A stretch of DNA of 64,000 nucleotides from positions 1-64,000 of the forward strand of contig JBBQUR010000005.1 of assembly GCA_038212275.1 (NCBI GenBank). The letters run 5' to 3'. Numbering within the stretch: the stretch's first letter is position 1; every line of letters begins with the position of its first letter. The notes below the pieces were generated by a model. It ran no database searches and was not told where the DNA came from. It saw only the letters and a list, made by a program, of their open reading frames with translations. The stretch comes from Planctomycetota bacterium (GTDB taxonomy: Bacteria; Planctomycetota; B15-G4). Positions 27,786 to 41,379 of this stretch are shown one piece after another. The position numbers and the translations under genes were made by a program.

Positions 27786-29078
27786 TCAGTGTTCAGGCGC
27801 TGGCGCCGCGGCGGTCGCGGCACCGCCCGACCTGCGGATGACCCAGCCGACCGTCAGGCCCTGCACGAGCACCGAGAAGACGACCACCACGTAGGTGAGC
27901 GTGAGCAGCAGGCTGCGTGTGTCGCCCTTGGGCAGCGAGAGCGCGAGGGCGATCGAGATGCCGCCGCGCAGCCCGCCCCAGGTGAGCACCGCGAGCGCGC
28001 CCTTCGTCGGCGGCTTGATCCACGCGAGCGGCACGAGGATGCCCGCCACGCTCAGCCCGCGCGCGAGCAGCACGATCGGAATGGCGAGGCCTCCGGCCAC
28101 GAGCGACGGCCTGTCGAAGGGCAGGACGAGAAGCTCGAGGCCGATGAGCAGGAAGAGCACGACATTTAGGATCTCGTCCACGAGTTCCCAGAAGGTGTCC
28201 ACGTGCTCGCGCGTCTTCTGCGACATCGCGAAGGCGCGTCCCTGGTTGCCGATGAAGAGTCCGGCGATGACGACGGCGATGGGCGCCGAGAGGTGCAGCG
28301 CATCGACGAAGGCGTAGAGCCCCATGGCGAGCGCGAGCGTGATCAGCACCTCGACCTGGTAGTTGTCGACGCGCTTCAACATCTGGTACGCGACGGTGCC
28401 CGCGACCAGGCCGAGCGCGATGGCGCCTCCCACTTCCTTCAGCAGCAGCAGGCCCACGCTGCCGAAGCCGATCGTCAGCGGCTCCGCGCTGCCTCCGTGC
28501 GCAGTGTCCATGCCCGCAAGCTGCAGAATGATGAGGAAGACGACCACGCCCACGCCGTCGTTGAACAGCGACTCGCCCGCGACCTGCGTCTCGAGCTGCC
28601 GCGACGCGCCGACGGACTTCATGATGCCCAGCACGGCGATGGGATCGGTCGGCGAGATGAGCGCCCCGAACAGAAGCGCGTGCACGAAGGGAATGCCGAT
28701 GCCAAGCCAGCCCAGCACCAGCCACGTGAGGCCGCCGACGATGAAGGTGGACGCGACGGTGCCGATGACGGCGAGCAGCACGATGGGGAGCCACTCCCTG
28801 GCGAGATCTTCGAGCTCCACATGAATCGACCCCGCGAACAGCAGGAAGGCGAGCATGCCGTGCAGCAGCGCCTGATTGAAGTCGATCCGCGACACGAGCG
28901 CTTCGGCATCGTCGCGGAAGCCCCCGGCGTACGGGCCGGCCAGGATCAGCAGGAGCGAGGCGCCGAGCGCCACCAGCATCACGCCTACCGTCGTCGGCAG
29001 CTTGATGTAGCGGGCATTGACGAAGCTGGAGACGGCCGCGAGCGAGATGAGCAGGCTGATGAGAGCGAACAGACTCAA
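27786..29078 (-). CDS. Na+/H+ antiporter, CPA1 (NhaP-like)
   Basis: About 12 TM segments; [28 protein letters not shown]. Confidence 0.92.
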   Translation of the reverse strand: MSLFALISLLISLAAVSSFVNARYIKLPTTVGVMLVALGASLLLILAGPYAGGFRDDAEALVSRIDFNQALLHGMLAFLLFAGSIHVELEDLAREWLPIVLLAVIGTVASTFIVGGLTWLVLGWLGIGIPFVHALLFGALISPTDPIAVLGIMKSVGASRQLETQVAGESLFNDGVGVVVFLIILQLAGMDTAHGGSAEPLTIGFGSVGLLLLKEVGGAIALGLVAGTVAYQMLKRVDNYQVEVLITLALAMGLYAFVDALHLSAPIAVVIAGLFIGNQGRAFAMSQKTREHVDTFWELVDEILNVVLFLLIGLELLVLPFDRPSLVAGGLAIPIVLLARGLSVAGILVPLAWIKPPTKGALAVLTWGGLRGGISIALALSLPKGDTRSLLLTLTYVVVVFSVLVQGLTVGWVIRRSGGAATAAAPAPEH

Positions 29079-29115
29079 CGTGGCGACTCCCGATCGTGCA
29101 GCACGCACGCCAGGC

Positions 29116-29991
29116 TCAGGGAGCCTTGCCGCCCAATCCGTTGGTGGCCGCGAATCCCTTGGGTCCCGCCGGGTCCGCGACCCAGACCTGCTGCAGGAAG
29201 ATGAAGCCGGAGGGCACGCCGGCCGGCCACACGGACGTGAGCACGAGCTGTCCGGCCGGGCCGGTGGGCAGGCCCGCGATGACGATGTCGGCGTTGGGCA
29301 CCAGCACGCCGCCCTTGAACGGCGCGTTCAGGACCGAGTAGCCGATGATGAGCGCGGCCGAGCTGTTCTCGAGCAACTGCGACGCCGTGACGGTGACGTT
29401 CAGCCCCGGGACGAAGTAGCCCGAGCCCGCGAGCGTCGGCGCGCCGTGTGTGCCGGCCAGCGCGTTGCCCGTGCTGTTCCAGAGCGTCTTGTAGCTGATG
29501 TAGTCGATGCGCACGCCGTCGCCGTCGGCGCGCACGGTGAACTTCGTGAGGGCGACGCCGCCGAACAGCGCCGAGACATTCTTCAGGCCCGTGTTGTTCA
29601 CGGAGATGATGCCGAGCGACGTCGCGCCGACGAAGGCCTCGACCTTGCACTCGCCCACCAGGCCGTTGCCGTTCAGGTTGGAGGCGATGCCGATGTTGAA
29701 GGTGGCGTCGTTCACCAGCGTGGTGAAGCTGAAGTGCAGCGCCTCGGAGACATCGACGAGCGTGTCGGAGACACCGCCCACGGTGCCCAGGCCGTTGAGA
29801 TTGAGCATGTAGACATTGGCGGGGGCGATGCCGCTGTCCCCGGTGACCACCACATCCTTGACCGCAAGCGCCGCCGTGTTCTGGGTGCCCAGCAGCTTGA
29901 AGTCGATGGCGACGTTCTCGGCCGCGGCGGTGGAAACGATGAGGAGCAAGCCCGCAAGCAGGCTGACGGCGAGGGTCGAGGGGTGGCGCAT
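29116..29991 (-). CDS. Secreted protein with shared C-terminal domain
   Basis: Signal peptide ending AAA; C-terminal FKGGVLVP...WPAGVPSG...QVWVAD...GFAATNG. Confidence 0.8.
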   Translation of the reverse strand: MRHPSTLAVSLLAGLLLIVSTAAAENVAIDFKLLGTQNTAALAVKDVVVTGDSGIAPANVYMLNLNGLGTVGGVSDTLVDVSEALHFSFTTLVNDATFNIGIASNLNGNGLVGECKVEAFVGATSLGIISVNNTGLKNVSALFGGVALTKFTVRADGDGVRIDYISYKTLWNSTGNALAGTHGAPTLAGSGYFVPGLNVTVTASQLLENSSAALIIGYSVLNAPFKGGVLVPNADIVIAGLPTGPAGQLVLTSVWPAGVPSGFIFLQQVWVADPAGPKGFAATNGLGGKAP

Positions 29992-30120
29992 CGGTGGGTC
30001 ATCCAGTGGGGAGACATGGCTGCCTCGCTGCCCGACAGCGAAGCAAAGGCGCACAGGATACTCGGTCCAGCTGCACTGCGCCCGCTTGAGAGTGAGCCTT
30101 TCGGTCGGCACGCTGTGCCC

Positions 30121-30327
30121 GTGCTCGACCGCATCATCGACCGCCTGCCCGCGCTGCTGCTTTTCCTCGCGCTGCTGCTCTGCGCCCACGTCGCGCTCTT
30201 CGATGCGCAGGAGAAGGGCCGGCTCATCGCGGTGATTCCGGGCACCGTGCTGTTGCTGCTCTACGTGCGCGCCGGCTCCGGCGGCGGCGGCGGCAAGAAA
30301 TCCGCCTCCTCGAAGGACGACGGATGA
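30121..30327 (+). CDS. Small membrane protein (2 TM)
   Basis: Two hydrophobic segments; ATGA overlap with the next gene; start uncertain. Confidence 0.6.
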   Translation: MLDRIIDRLPALLLFLALLLCAHVALFDAQEKGRLIAVIPGTVLLLLYVRAGSGGGGGKKSASSKDDG

Positions 30328-30920
30328 ACGCGCTGCTCCTCGCGATCAAGTCTCCGGTGCAGCTCACGGAGGTGAGCTGGCAGCTTGCCGTCGTCATCGG
30401 CACATTTCTGGCCGGAGTGCACGCGTACAGGAAGCTCGAGCCCTACTTCGCCATCACCTGGTTCGGCTCGGGGCTCGTCTTCGGCTGGTTCTTCACCGAG
30501 GCACACACGCGACCCGAGGCGTTGCTGCTCCCGGCGCTGGTGGTCTATCTCGCAGCGGCCGTGACCAAGGGCATCGTGGAGCGCGGGGCCTTTGCCGGCA
30601 ATCACGTCGTGCACGTGCTGGCGACGGGAGTCTTCGCCGCCGTCATCGCGCTGCCGCTGGAGTCCGCCGCACGCGCCATGCACTGGGTGCTGCCGCGCGA
30701 TGCGCCGAACGTGACGCACGCCGTCATCAAGGCGCAGTGGCTCGGCGGCGTCCCGGCCGACCAGCTCGTCATGTGGGCGCTGGTGGGCACGCTTTTCTAC
30801 GGCCTGTACAAGCTGCTCGATCACATCGGCCTCGGCCCCGTGCTGCAGACCGTGCTGCTCTTCGCGGGCATGCCCTTCCTGGTGAAGTTCACGGACTACC
30901 TGCTCGGCCTCATGCACTGA
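30324..30920 (+). CDS. Polytopic membrane protein of unknown function
   Basis: About 6 hydrophobic helices; RBS AAGGA. Confidence 0.75.
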   Translation: MNALLLAIKSPVQLTEVSWQLAVVIGTFLAGVHAYRKLEPYFAITWFGSGLVFGWFFTEAHTRPEALLLPALVVYLAAAVTKGIVERGAFAGNHVVHVLATGVFAAVIALPLESAARAMHWVLPRDAPNVTHAVIKAQWLGGVPADQLVMWALVGTLFYGLYKLLDHIGLGPVLQTVLLFAGMPFLVKFTDYLLGLMH

Positions 30921-31049
30921 GCCGCGTACGCGTACGCGTGCGCGTGCGCGTGGCGGGGCGCGTAGCCGGGCGCCGGTGCCGGGCGCCGGTGCCGAAGCTC
31001 ACGGACTCCGAGCGATCCGCTATGGTGGCGGCCTCCCGGAGCATCACGC

Positions 31050-32963
31050 ATGTCTTCCTCCCGCGAGTCGCGAGTGCCGTCCTTCCTGCGCCTGGCCTGC
31101 GTCGGCGCGCTGCTCGCCTGGCCGTGGCCGGCTGCGGGCGCCGTGAAAGCACAGGTTGCCGCGCCACCGCAAGCTGGCGGCAAGCCAGCGTCGGGCGCAG
31201 CCGCGGCGCAGCAGGTCATCGCGCAGGCGATCGCTTCGCTGGGGGCGGGGCGTGCCACCGACGCCATCGCACCGCTCGAGGCGCTCACGGTGTCCCAGCC
31301 GCAGAACGGGCAGGCCTGGCACCTGCTCGGCGCGGCGCTGCACATGGACGGGCAGATCGACCGTGCGCTGGAGGTGCACGCGAAGGCCGCGACGTTTCCG
31401 GCGGTTCGCGCCAATGCGCTCTACAACCTCGGTTGTGCCTACGCACTCAAGGGCCAGACCGACGCGGCCTTCGAGGCACTCAAGGCCGCGCTCGCCGACC
31501 CGGGCGGGCCGCCACTGCGATCGCAGCTCGTCGGGGACACGGACCTCGTGTCGTTGCGCAGTGATGCACGCTGGCTCGAGCTGCTGCCGCCCGCGCCCCC
31601 GGACAAGCCCTTCAAGGAAGAGGTGACCGTGCTGCACCTGTGGCACGGCGAGTCCGCCGGCGAACAGTTCGGCTGGGAAGCGGTGGATGTCGGCGATGTC
31701 GACGGTGACGGCGCGCACGACGTGCTGGCCAGCGCGCCCTTCCACCGTGCGGGCGCCGCAGGCAGTGCGGCAGGTGGGAGTGCGAGTGCGAGTGCGAGTG
31801 CGGGCGGCGGCAGCGCTCAGAACGGGCGCGTGGCGTTGTACTCGGGTCGCAGCGGCGCGCTGCTGTGGGGGCGCGTCGGGGCGCCGGGCGAGCAGCTCGG
31901 CATCGGCATCTCGGGCGTCGGTGACGTGAACGGCGACGGCCTGCCGGACGTGATCGTCGGCGCGTCGTCGCCGTCCTCCGTCGCGCCGCCGACCGCCGAT
32001 GCGCCTGCGGGTCGCGCCTACGTGCTTTCCGGAAAGGATGGCGCCCTGCTGCTCGCGCTGGAGGGCGAGGCGGCCGGCGATACCTTCGGCGACCAGGTGC
32101 GCGGACTTGGCGATGTGGACGGCGACGGGCACGCGGATGTCGCGGTGAGTGCGCCGCTGCACGACCGCGAGGACGGTGGGCTGGTCGACGCCGGCCGCGT
32201 GACCGTGTTCTCCGGCAAGACGGGCGCGCTGCTGTTCGCGCTGGACGGCGAGCGCGCCGGCGACCACTTCGGTTCGGGGCTCGGCGGCGGCACGTGGTCC
32301 GTCGCGTCCGGCGGGCGCGCGGGGCTGCTGCTCGTCGGTGCGATGGATGCCGGCGACGCGCAGCGCGGGAGAGTGTCGGTCTATCGGCTGGACGGCGCGG
32401 CAGCCGAGGCTTTCTTCGACATCGAGGCCGAGTCATCGGGCAACAGCCTCGGCCAGTTCTTCACGTCGCTCATCGGCGATCTCGATGGGGACGGCGTGCC
32501 CGACGTCTACGCCTCGGACTTTGCGGACACCACGCTGTCGGGTTCCACGCGAGGCGCCGGCGGACGCGTCTACCTGCACTCCGGCAAGGACGGCGCGCTC
32601 ATCGCGCAACTCGCCGGGCGCACGGCGGGCGAAGGTTTCGGCATCGGCAATGCGCAGGCCGGCGACGTGAACGGCGACGGCTGCCCCGACCTCGTCATCG
32701 GCGCGTGGACCAACAGCGAGGTCGCGCCGCGCGCCGGCAAGGCCTACGTCATCTCCGGCAAGGACCGCGCGACGCTGGCCACGTTCACCTGCGCCCTCCC
32801 CGGTGACGAATTCGGCTACGACGCCACCGGCCTCGGTGACGTGGACGGCGACGGCGCCATCGACTTCCTCGTCACGGCGGCGAGCAGCAACGACGGCGGC
32901 CCGAGGGCCGGCCGCGTCTACGTGATCTCGGGGGCTGGCGTCGCCGGGGCGACTCTGCGCTGA
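31050..32963 (+). CDS. Secreted TPR + FG-GAP (integrin-alpha-like beta-propeller) protein
   Basis: TPRs (YNLGCAYALKG) and repeated FG...GDVDGDG..D...GA motifs. Confidence 0.88.
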   Translation: MSSSRESRVPSFLRLACVGALLAWPWPAAGAVKAQVAAPPQAGGKPASGAAAAQQVIAQAIASLGAGRATDAIAPLEALTVSQPQNGQAWHLLGAALHMDGQIDRALEVHAKAATFPAVRANALYNLGCAYALKGQTDAAFEALKAALADPGGPPLRSQLVGDTDLVSLRSDARWLELLPPAPPDKPFKEEVTVLHLWHGESAGEQFGWEAVDVGDVDGDGAHDVLASAPFHRAGAAGSAAGGSASASASAGGGSAQNGRVALYSGRSGALLWGRVGAPGEQLGIGISGVGDVNGDGLPDVIVGASSPSSVAPPTADAPAGRAYVLSGKDGALLLALEGEAAGDTFGDQVRGLGDVDGDGHADVAVSAPLHDREDGGLVDAGRVTVFSGKTGALLFALDGERAGDHFGSGLGGGTWSVASGGRAGLLLVGAMDAGDAQRGRVSVYRLDGAAAEAFFDIEAESSGNSLGQFFTSLIGDLDGDGVPDVYASDFADTTLSGSTRGAGGRVYLHSGKDGALIAQLAGRTAGEGFGIGNAQAGDVNGDGCPDLVIGAWTNSEVAPRAGKAYVISGKDRATLATFTCALPGDEFGYDATGLGDVDGDGAIDFLVTAASSNDGGPRAGRVYVISGAGVAGATLR

Positions 32964-32966
32964 GGC

Positions 32967-35696
<2,730 letters not shown>

Positions 35697-35759
35697 GGGT
35701 GCCCGCCTGATGGAGTCGCGGTGCGCGACGTCCGAACGCTCAGGATAAGGCAGCGAGCA

Positions 35760-37907
35760 TCAAGGTTCATGCGTCCGACGCAGCAACTGCAGCGTGTGAG
35801 CAGGAATTCGCACGGTGGAGAGCGCGGCTCCGGCGGCAACAGGGGCCGATGCACCGGGCGCTGCATCGAGCGGACAGGCCGAGGCGTCGAGGAGCAGCTC
35901 CCAGTGGCCGGAGTCCGGAACTGACGGCGGCGGCAACTCCAGATCGTCGGCGCCGCCGTTGAGCAGCAGCAGCAGCGTGTCGCCGACGAGCGGCCGGCCG
36001 CTCTCGTCGCGATCGTCGATGCCGGCGCCCGGCAGCAGCATGCCGAGGAAGCGGTTGAAGGGATCGCGCCAGCGCTCGATGCTCATCGGCTGGCCGTCGG
36101 GGCCGAGCCACACGACGTCGTGCCGGGCGGAGGGCGCGTCCACCAGGCCGCGAAGGAAGCTGCTCCGGCGCAGCACGGGTTGCTCCCGGTAAAGCCGGAG
36201 TGCACGTCGCATGAAGGCGAGCAGGTCCTTGCGGCGCGCGTCGAGCGTCCAATCCAGTTCGAGCAGCTGCGGCTGGCAGTAGGCGTTGTTGTTGCCGCCC
36301 TGGACGTGGCCCAGTTCGTCGCCGGCGAGCAGCATCGTGATGCCCTGCGAGAGGATGCCGGTGGCGGCCAGGCTGCGGCGGACGCGCTCGCGCGTGGCGA
36401 GCACGGTCGGGTCGTCGGTCGGCCCCTCGACGCCCCAGTGTCGACTCCAGTTGGCGTCGGAGCCGTCGCGGTTCGCCTCGCCATTGGCCTCGTTGTGCTT
36501 GCGTTCGTGGCTGACGAGGTCGGCCAGCGTGAAGCCGTCGTGGCTGGTGACGAAGTTCACGCTGGCCATGGGGCCGTCGAGAAAGAGGTCGCTGCTGCCT
36601 GCGAGGCGCGAGGCGAGCTCGGGCACCTGGCCCGGCTCGCCGCTCCAGAAGCGCCGCACGCAGTCGCGGAAGCGGTCGTTCCACTGGGCCATGCCGACGG
36701 GGAAACGGCCGGTGCGCCAGCCGTCGGGTCCCAGATCCCACGGCTCCGCGATGAGACGCACCTGCGCCAGCACCGGGTCCTGCTGCATCGCGTTCCACAG
36801 CGCCCCGCTGTGCTCGCCGCCGGGGCCTCGGTCGAGAGCGGGCGCGAGGTCGAAACGGAAGCCGTCCACGTGCATGGAGGTCACCCAATGGCGCAGGCAG
36901 TCCAGCACGAGCTGCAGCCCGGCGCGGTGGCTCAGGTCCGGCGTGTTGCCGCAGCCGGAGTAGTCCACGGCGTGGCGCAGATCGGAGGGCCGGAGGTGAT
37001 AGTAGGTGCGGTTGTCGAAGCCGCGCAGGCTAAGGGTCGGTCCCAGCGAACCGGTCTCGGCCGTGTGGTTGAAGACCACGTCGAGCAGCACCTCGATGCC
37101 GGCGGCGTGCAGCGCCTTGACCATCTGGCGGAACTCCGTCACCTGCTGGCCGCGATCACCGCTCGCGTAGCCGGCATGCGGTGCGAACCAGGCCAGAGGG
37201 TTGTAGCCCCAGGCATTCGTCAGCCCTCGCTCCGCGACTCCCTGCTCGGTGATGAAATGCTGCACCGGCAGCAGCTCCACACTGGTGACTCCCAGCGACA
37301 GCAAGTGCTCGATCACCGGAGGGCTGGCCAGCCCGAGGTAGGTGCCGCGCAGTGCGGAAGGCACGTCGGGATGCTGCGCGGTGAGCGCGCCGACATGGCA
37401 TTCGTAGATGACGGCATTGCGGGCATCGATGCGCGGCGAGCGGTCGTCGCCCCAGTCGAAGCTCTCGTCGACGACGAGCGCCTTGGGCATGTACGGTGCG
37501 CTGTCGGCAAGATTCATCTGCCTGTCGAGCGCGGAGAGATCGGTGCTGCCCTGCGGCATGGCGTGGTCGAACAGCGAGGCGTGCCAGGTGAAATGCCCGA
37601 CCACCGCCAGCGCGTACGGGTCGAGGAGCAGCTTGTGCTCGTTGCAGCGGTGGCCTTCCGCCGGCGCCCAGGGTCCGCGCACCCGGAAGCCGTAGAGCTG
37701 GCCGGGGCGCAGGTCGGGGAAGTCGCCGTGCCAGACGTAGCCGGTGCGCGCCGGCAGCGGGATGCGAGCCGTTTCGCCGGCGCCCAGCGCTGCGTCGAAG
37801 AGGCACAGGTCCACGCCGAAGGCGTGCTCGGCGAAGACGGCGACGTGCACGCCACTGCCGTCGTGGCGGACGCCTAGCGGATACGGTCGGCCGGGAAGGA
37901 CGCGCAT
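35760..37907 (-). CDS. glgX: Glycogen debranching enzyme
   Basis: PGRPYPLG, LLDPYA, WGYNP, DVVFNHTAE, VDGFRFDLA, IAEPWD, HDGFTLAD, GNNNAYCQ. Confidence 0.93.
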   Translation of the reverse strand: MRVLPGRPYPLGVRHDGSGVHVAVFAEHAFGVDLCLFDAALGAGETARIPLPARTGYVWHGDFPDLRPGQLYGFRVRGPWAPAEGHRCNEHKLLLDPYALAVVGHFTWHASLFDHAMPQGSTDLSALDRQMNLADSAPYMPKALVVDESFDWGDDRSPRIDARNAVIYECHVGALTAQHPDVPSALRGTYLGLASPPVIEHLLSLGVTSVELLPVQHFITEQGVAERGLTNAWGYNPLAWFAPHAGYASGDRGQQVTEFRQMVKALHAAGIEVLLDVVFNHTAETGSLGPTLSLRGFDNRTYYHLRPSDLRHAVDYSGCGNTPDLSHRAGLQLVLDCLRHWVTSMHVDGFRFDLAPALDRGPGGEHSGALWNAMQQDPVLAQVRLIAEPWDLGPDGWRTGRFPVGMAQWNDRFRDCVRRFWSGEPGQVPELASRLAGSSDLFLDGPMASVNFVTSHDGFTLADLVSHERKHNEANGEANRDGSDANWSRHWGVEGPTDDPTVLATRERVRRSLAATGILSQGITMLLAGDELGHVQGGNNNAYCQPQLLELDWTLDARRKDLLAFMRRALRLYREQPVLRRSSFLRGLVDAPSARHDVVWLGPDGQPMSIERWRDPFNRFLGMLLPGAGIDDRDESGRPLVGDTLLLLLNGGADDLELPPPSVPDSGHWELLLDASACPLDAAPGASAPVAAGAALSTVRIPAHTLQLLRRTHEP

Positions 37908-37974
37908 GTCGGGCGGCAGCGTAGCGAGTCGGGCAGCCGAACGTGAGCGTCGTGGCAGCGGGTGCGCCGAGCTT

Positions 37975-38475
37975 TCAGTCCCCGGGAGGCGCGTCGTGCG
38001 CCTCCCACGTCGCAAGGTCGAAGGGCCGGCAGCGCGGGCCCGGCGGGAAGCCGCGATACTGCGCCTTGCATCGGTAGCAGATGAGCAGGCGTTTCACGAG
38101 CAGCCGCAGGACGAGCCAGTCGAGCAGCGCCATCGGCAGCAGGATCGCGAACATCCAGGGCAGCGGAACGCCGCCGAGCAGCAGGCCGCCGAACACCACC
38201 ACGACGGCCAGCACGCCCACGCGCGCATTGACGTCCTTCTGGATGCAGAGCGTGTGGTAGTCGCAGGCCGGGCAACCATCCAGCTGACCAGCGCCATCCA
38301 CGTGGCTGCTGAAGTCGAGCGAGGTTTCCACGCCGCACGCGCAGCGCACGGTCGGCGGGAGCGCAGCGGCCTGCCCGAGGCTCGTCTCGATCCAGCGTCC
38401 GCACGCGGCGCAGCGCACGGCGCAGGAGCGGCTGCCGTGGTCGCGCGCCGGGATGTCCGTGGCCGGCTCGCTCAC
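37975..38475 (-). CDS. Cys-rich (zinc-finger) membrane protein
   Basis: CAAC, CACG, CPAC, two TM helices, ICYRC; GTGA overlap with the upstream gene. Confidence 0.7.
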   Translation of the reverse strand: MSEPATDIPARDHGSRSCAVRCAACGRWIETSLGQAAALPPTVRCACGVETSLDFSSHVDGAGQLDGCPACDYHTLCIQKDVNARVGVLAVVVVFGGLLLGGVPLPWMFAILLPMALLDWLVLRLLVKRLLICYRCKAQYRGFPPGPRCRPFDLATWEAHDAPPGD

Positions 38476-39368
38476 AGCGGGACGCCGGTGCTGCCGGCGA
38501 CCATCTTGCCGAAGAGTTCGCCCAGCAGCACGAGCACCGTCATCGCGTAGAGGATGCCCGTCGCCGGCTGCGTGCGCTCCATGCGCACCGTGACCAGCGC
38601 CATGGCCGCCATGACGGTGGGCACGAGCAGACCTACGGGAATGCGCGCCCACACGTTGACCACGTCGAGGATCCGGTCGGGCGAGCGCTCGAGGATGTCT
38701 CCAAGGTCGTGATTGCCCGGACCGAGAAACTGCGACCAGAGCAGGAGCAGCGCGAGCGACGAGATCGCGGCCTTTCCGAGCAGCAACCACGGCAGCGGTT
38801 TCACGAGCCGCGCGAGGTGAGAGACCGGCAGGCCGTGCGAGACGAGGTACCAGTGCCCGAGGATCATGCCCCACAGCGTGAAGCCGAGCACCAGCGACGA
38901 GCCGAACGCCGCGGCGATCACGAGCGTGGCCAGCGCGGCGGGGGAGAGCGCCGACGTCGCGACTCCCGCCGCCGGGCCACCCCGGGCTGCGGCGCTCGCA
39001 AGCGGTGCCGTGCCTGCAGCCGGCAGCACGGACAGTGCCACCGCAAGCCCACCCGAGAGCAGCGCGCACCACAGCAGCGTGGTCTCGAGCGCCGGGCGAT
39101 CCCAGCCGCTCACCGACGCAAAGCACAGGGTGGCCAGAGTGACGGCCGAGACTGCCCAGCCGAGATGGATGTCCGAAGAGGTGGCGCCTGCCGCGAGCGC
39201 CGGCCCCCAGGCCAGCGAACCGGCGAGCCCGAACAGGCCCAGAAGCACCCAGCCGCCCAGCTTGAAGTACTTGGGACCGAGGGCGCGGCGGTCGTTGACG
39301 GCAAAGGTGACGAGAGAGCCGAAGCCGAGCTGCAGCAGGAACAGGAGCGACACGTGGGAAAGCGACAT
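38472..39368 (-). CDS. Polytopic membrane protein (MILGHWYL motif)
   Basis: 7-8 hydrophobic segments; MILGHWYL and ATGILY motifs. Confidence 0.75.
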   Translation of the reverse strand: MSLSHVSLLFLLQLGFGSLVTFAVNDRRALGPKYFKLGGWVLLGLFGLAGSLAWGPALAAGATSSDIHLGWAVSAVTLATLCFASVSGWDRPALETTLLWCALLSGGLAVALSVLPAAGTAPLASAAARGGPAAGVATSALSPAALATLVIAAAFGSSLVLGFTLWGMILGHWYLVSHGLPVSHLARLVKPLPWLLLGKAAISSLALLLLWSQFLGPGNHDLGDILERSPDRILDVVNVWARIPVGLLVPTVMAAMALVTVRMERTQPATGILYAMTVLVLLGELFGKMVAGSTGVPL

Positions 39369-39623
39369 CCCGCGATCCTAGGAAATCGGGCGCCACGGAC
39401 GTGCAGGCCCGCCGGGTGGTCAGGAGGGTTGGCTGCGGTCCGACCGGGCGGTGCGACTCATGCTCCGGAGCGGTTCCGGTCGAAATGACCATGGAGCCTC
39501 ATGCGCCTACACTCACCTTGCTCATCGAAGGCCGCTGACGACATTGTCCGCGCACCCGAATCTCGCGCGTCGATGCGCCGCCCTTCCTCTCCCACTCGCT
39601 TGCCTTTCCCGGAGCATCCAGCC

Positions 39624-41093
39624 GTGAATCACACCACCAGAGTCCTCGGGCTGCTCGCCGCCGCCGCAGTCCTCACCGGTTCCGCCATCGCGCAGACCGT
39701 GACCTTCACTCCCGACATCGCCAACCTGCACCTCAATCCAGGTGAGCAGGCGGCCATCACGGCACAGGTGTGCCTGCCGGGCCAGGTGGCCAAGGCGGAC
39801 ATCTACCTGCTGGCCGACACGACCACGAGCATGGCGCCGGTCATCAATCAGATCAAGGCGAACGCGCAGCAGATCGTGGCCACGCTCCTGAACACTCCGA
39901 ACGTGGACATCAGCGTGGGCTGCGGTCAATACCGTGACTTCCCGTTCGACGTGAAGCCGTTCGAGCACCAGGTGAGTCCGGCGAAGAACGTGAACACCGT
40001 GGTCGCGGGCATCAACACGTGGGTGGCCGGCGGTGGCGGTGACGGCAGCGAGGGTCAGTTCTACGCGCTGTACCGACTTGCGACCGACCCGTCGATCAAC
40101 TTCCGCCCAGGCGCCAAGCGCATCATCGTCTGGTTCGGCGACTCGCCCGCGCACGATCCCGTGTGCGCCATCTTCAACGGCAACGGCGTCCCGACCTTCG
40201 AGATCACCGAGGCGCTGGTCACCTCGGCACTGCAGAATGCGGGCCCCAACAACGGCACGACGATCATCGCGATCGGTTCGCCCACCGGTTATCCGATGGC
40301 GCTCAATGACGACCCGACGATTTTTGCCGAGGACTACGCGTTCTTCTGCAACGTCGCGGGCACGTCGGGCCAGGCCAGCCGCCTCGCCGCCGCCACCAAC
40401 GGCCTGTACACCCAGATCACCGACCCCGACCAGATCGCCGCGTCGATCCTGGACGCCGTCGACAGCGTGCTGACCGCCGTGGACGTCAGCTGCTCGGCCG
40501 TCGGCGCCATCACGCCTTTCGTGAAGTCGATCACGCCGCCCTCCTATGAGGACGTCTTCCTCCCGAGCGACCCGAACAAGGAAGTCTGCGTGAATTTCGA
40601 CGTGCTGCTCGAGGGCCCGCCCTGCGGCAAGAACGTGCTGCTGCACGAAGGAGCCATCGAGGTCGCGTTGAATGGCTCGACGCTCGACTCGCTGCCGGTG
40701 TCGATCACGCAGACCGCCTGCTACTCGCCGATCGGCCTCGTGCTCATCGGAGTCCGCCGGATCGACGGCGAGCCGATCGCGGGCGGCAACCTCGATGACC
40801 TCATGCTGGTGGGGCCGGGCATCTCGCTCGAGGCGTCGCTCACCCGCATCCCGGCCTTCCGGATCCCGGACGATCAGGTCTTCGACGGCTTCGCGGTGTA
40901 CGCGCAGACGGCATTGCACGACCCGGTCAACTACCCCGGCGACTCGATCAAGACCAGCCCGGGCCTCAAGGTCGTGCTCGGCACGAACAACCTCGGAGCG
41001 CCGTACGGAGTCGGCAGCGGCCTCTCGATTTCGCTGGTGGAGCCGGCCCTCATCGGCGGCGTCTTCCGGCTGCAGAGCGCCGTTCTGCCGTGA
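39624..41093 (+). CDS. Secreted von Willebrand A (MIDAS) domain protein
   Basis: Signal peptide ending AIA; DIYLLADTTTSM (DxTxS), GGGDGSEG, IIVWFGD. Confidence 0.8.
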   Translation: MNHTTRVLGLLAAAAVLTGSAIAQTVTFTPDIANLHLNPGEQAAITAQVCLPGQVAKADIYLLADTTTSMAPVINQIKANAQQIVATLLNTPNVDISVGCGQYRDFPFDVKPFEHQVSPAKNVNTVVAGINTWVAGGGGDGSEGQFYALYRLATDPSINFRPGAKRIIVWFGDSPAHDPVCAIFNGNGVPTFEITEALVTSALQNAGPNNGTTIIAIGSPTGYPMALNDDPTIFAEDYAFFCNVAGTSGQASRLAAATNGLYTQITDPDQIAASILDAVDSVLTAVDVSCSAVGAITPFVKSITPPSYEDVFLPSDPNKEVCVNFDVLLEGPPCGKNVLLHEGAIEVALNGSTLDSLPVSITQTACYSPIGLVLIGVRRIDGEPIAGGNLDDLMLVGPGISLEASLTRIPAFRIPDDQVFDGFAVYAQTALHDPVNYPGDSIKTSPGLKVVLGTNNLGAPYGVGSGLSISLVEPALIGGVFRLQSAVLP

Positions 41094-41205
41094 CCGGGGG
41101 GCGGCGCAGCCTTCCTGCGCACCTCGAAGCTCGCGCCTGCGATCACGACTCGCGGAGACCGTCCGGAAGCCCCGGGCGGTCTCCGCGCACATCCGGGCCG
41201 CTCCG

Positions 41206-41379
41206 CTACTTGTCGAAGATGTTCCGGTCCTTGGGGATGTGCCGCTCCTCGATCTCCTCGATGCGGAGGTCGGGCACGCCGGGCGGGCGCTTGTCGTCCT
41301 TGCGGTGCGCCGGCGCCGAGACCGGCAGCGGATTGCTCTTGAAGGGGGAGCTCTTGTCCTGCTTGTCCGACTCGGCCAT
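41206..41379 (-). CDS. 57-aa peptide, candidate RiPP precursor/scaffold
   Basis: RBS GGGAGA, GC3-rich codons; C-terminal DLRIEEIEERHIPKDRNIFDK. Confidence 0.65.
   Translation of the reverse strand: MAESDKQDKSSPFKSNPLPVSAPAHRKDDKRPPGVPDLRIEEIEERHIPKDRNIFDK

Noticed and set aside
30324..30920. CruF-like carotenoid hydratase under CarH control
   Set aside because: Only a faint GGVP...W resemblance, expected conserved residues are not evident, and it is 18 kb from the regulator
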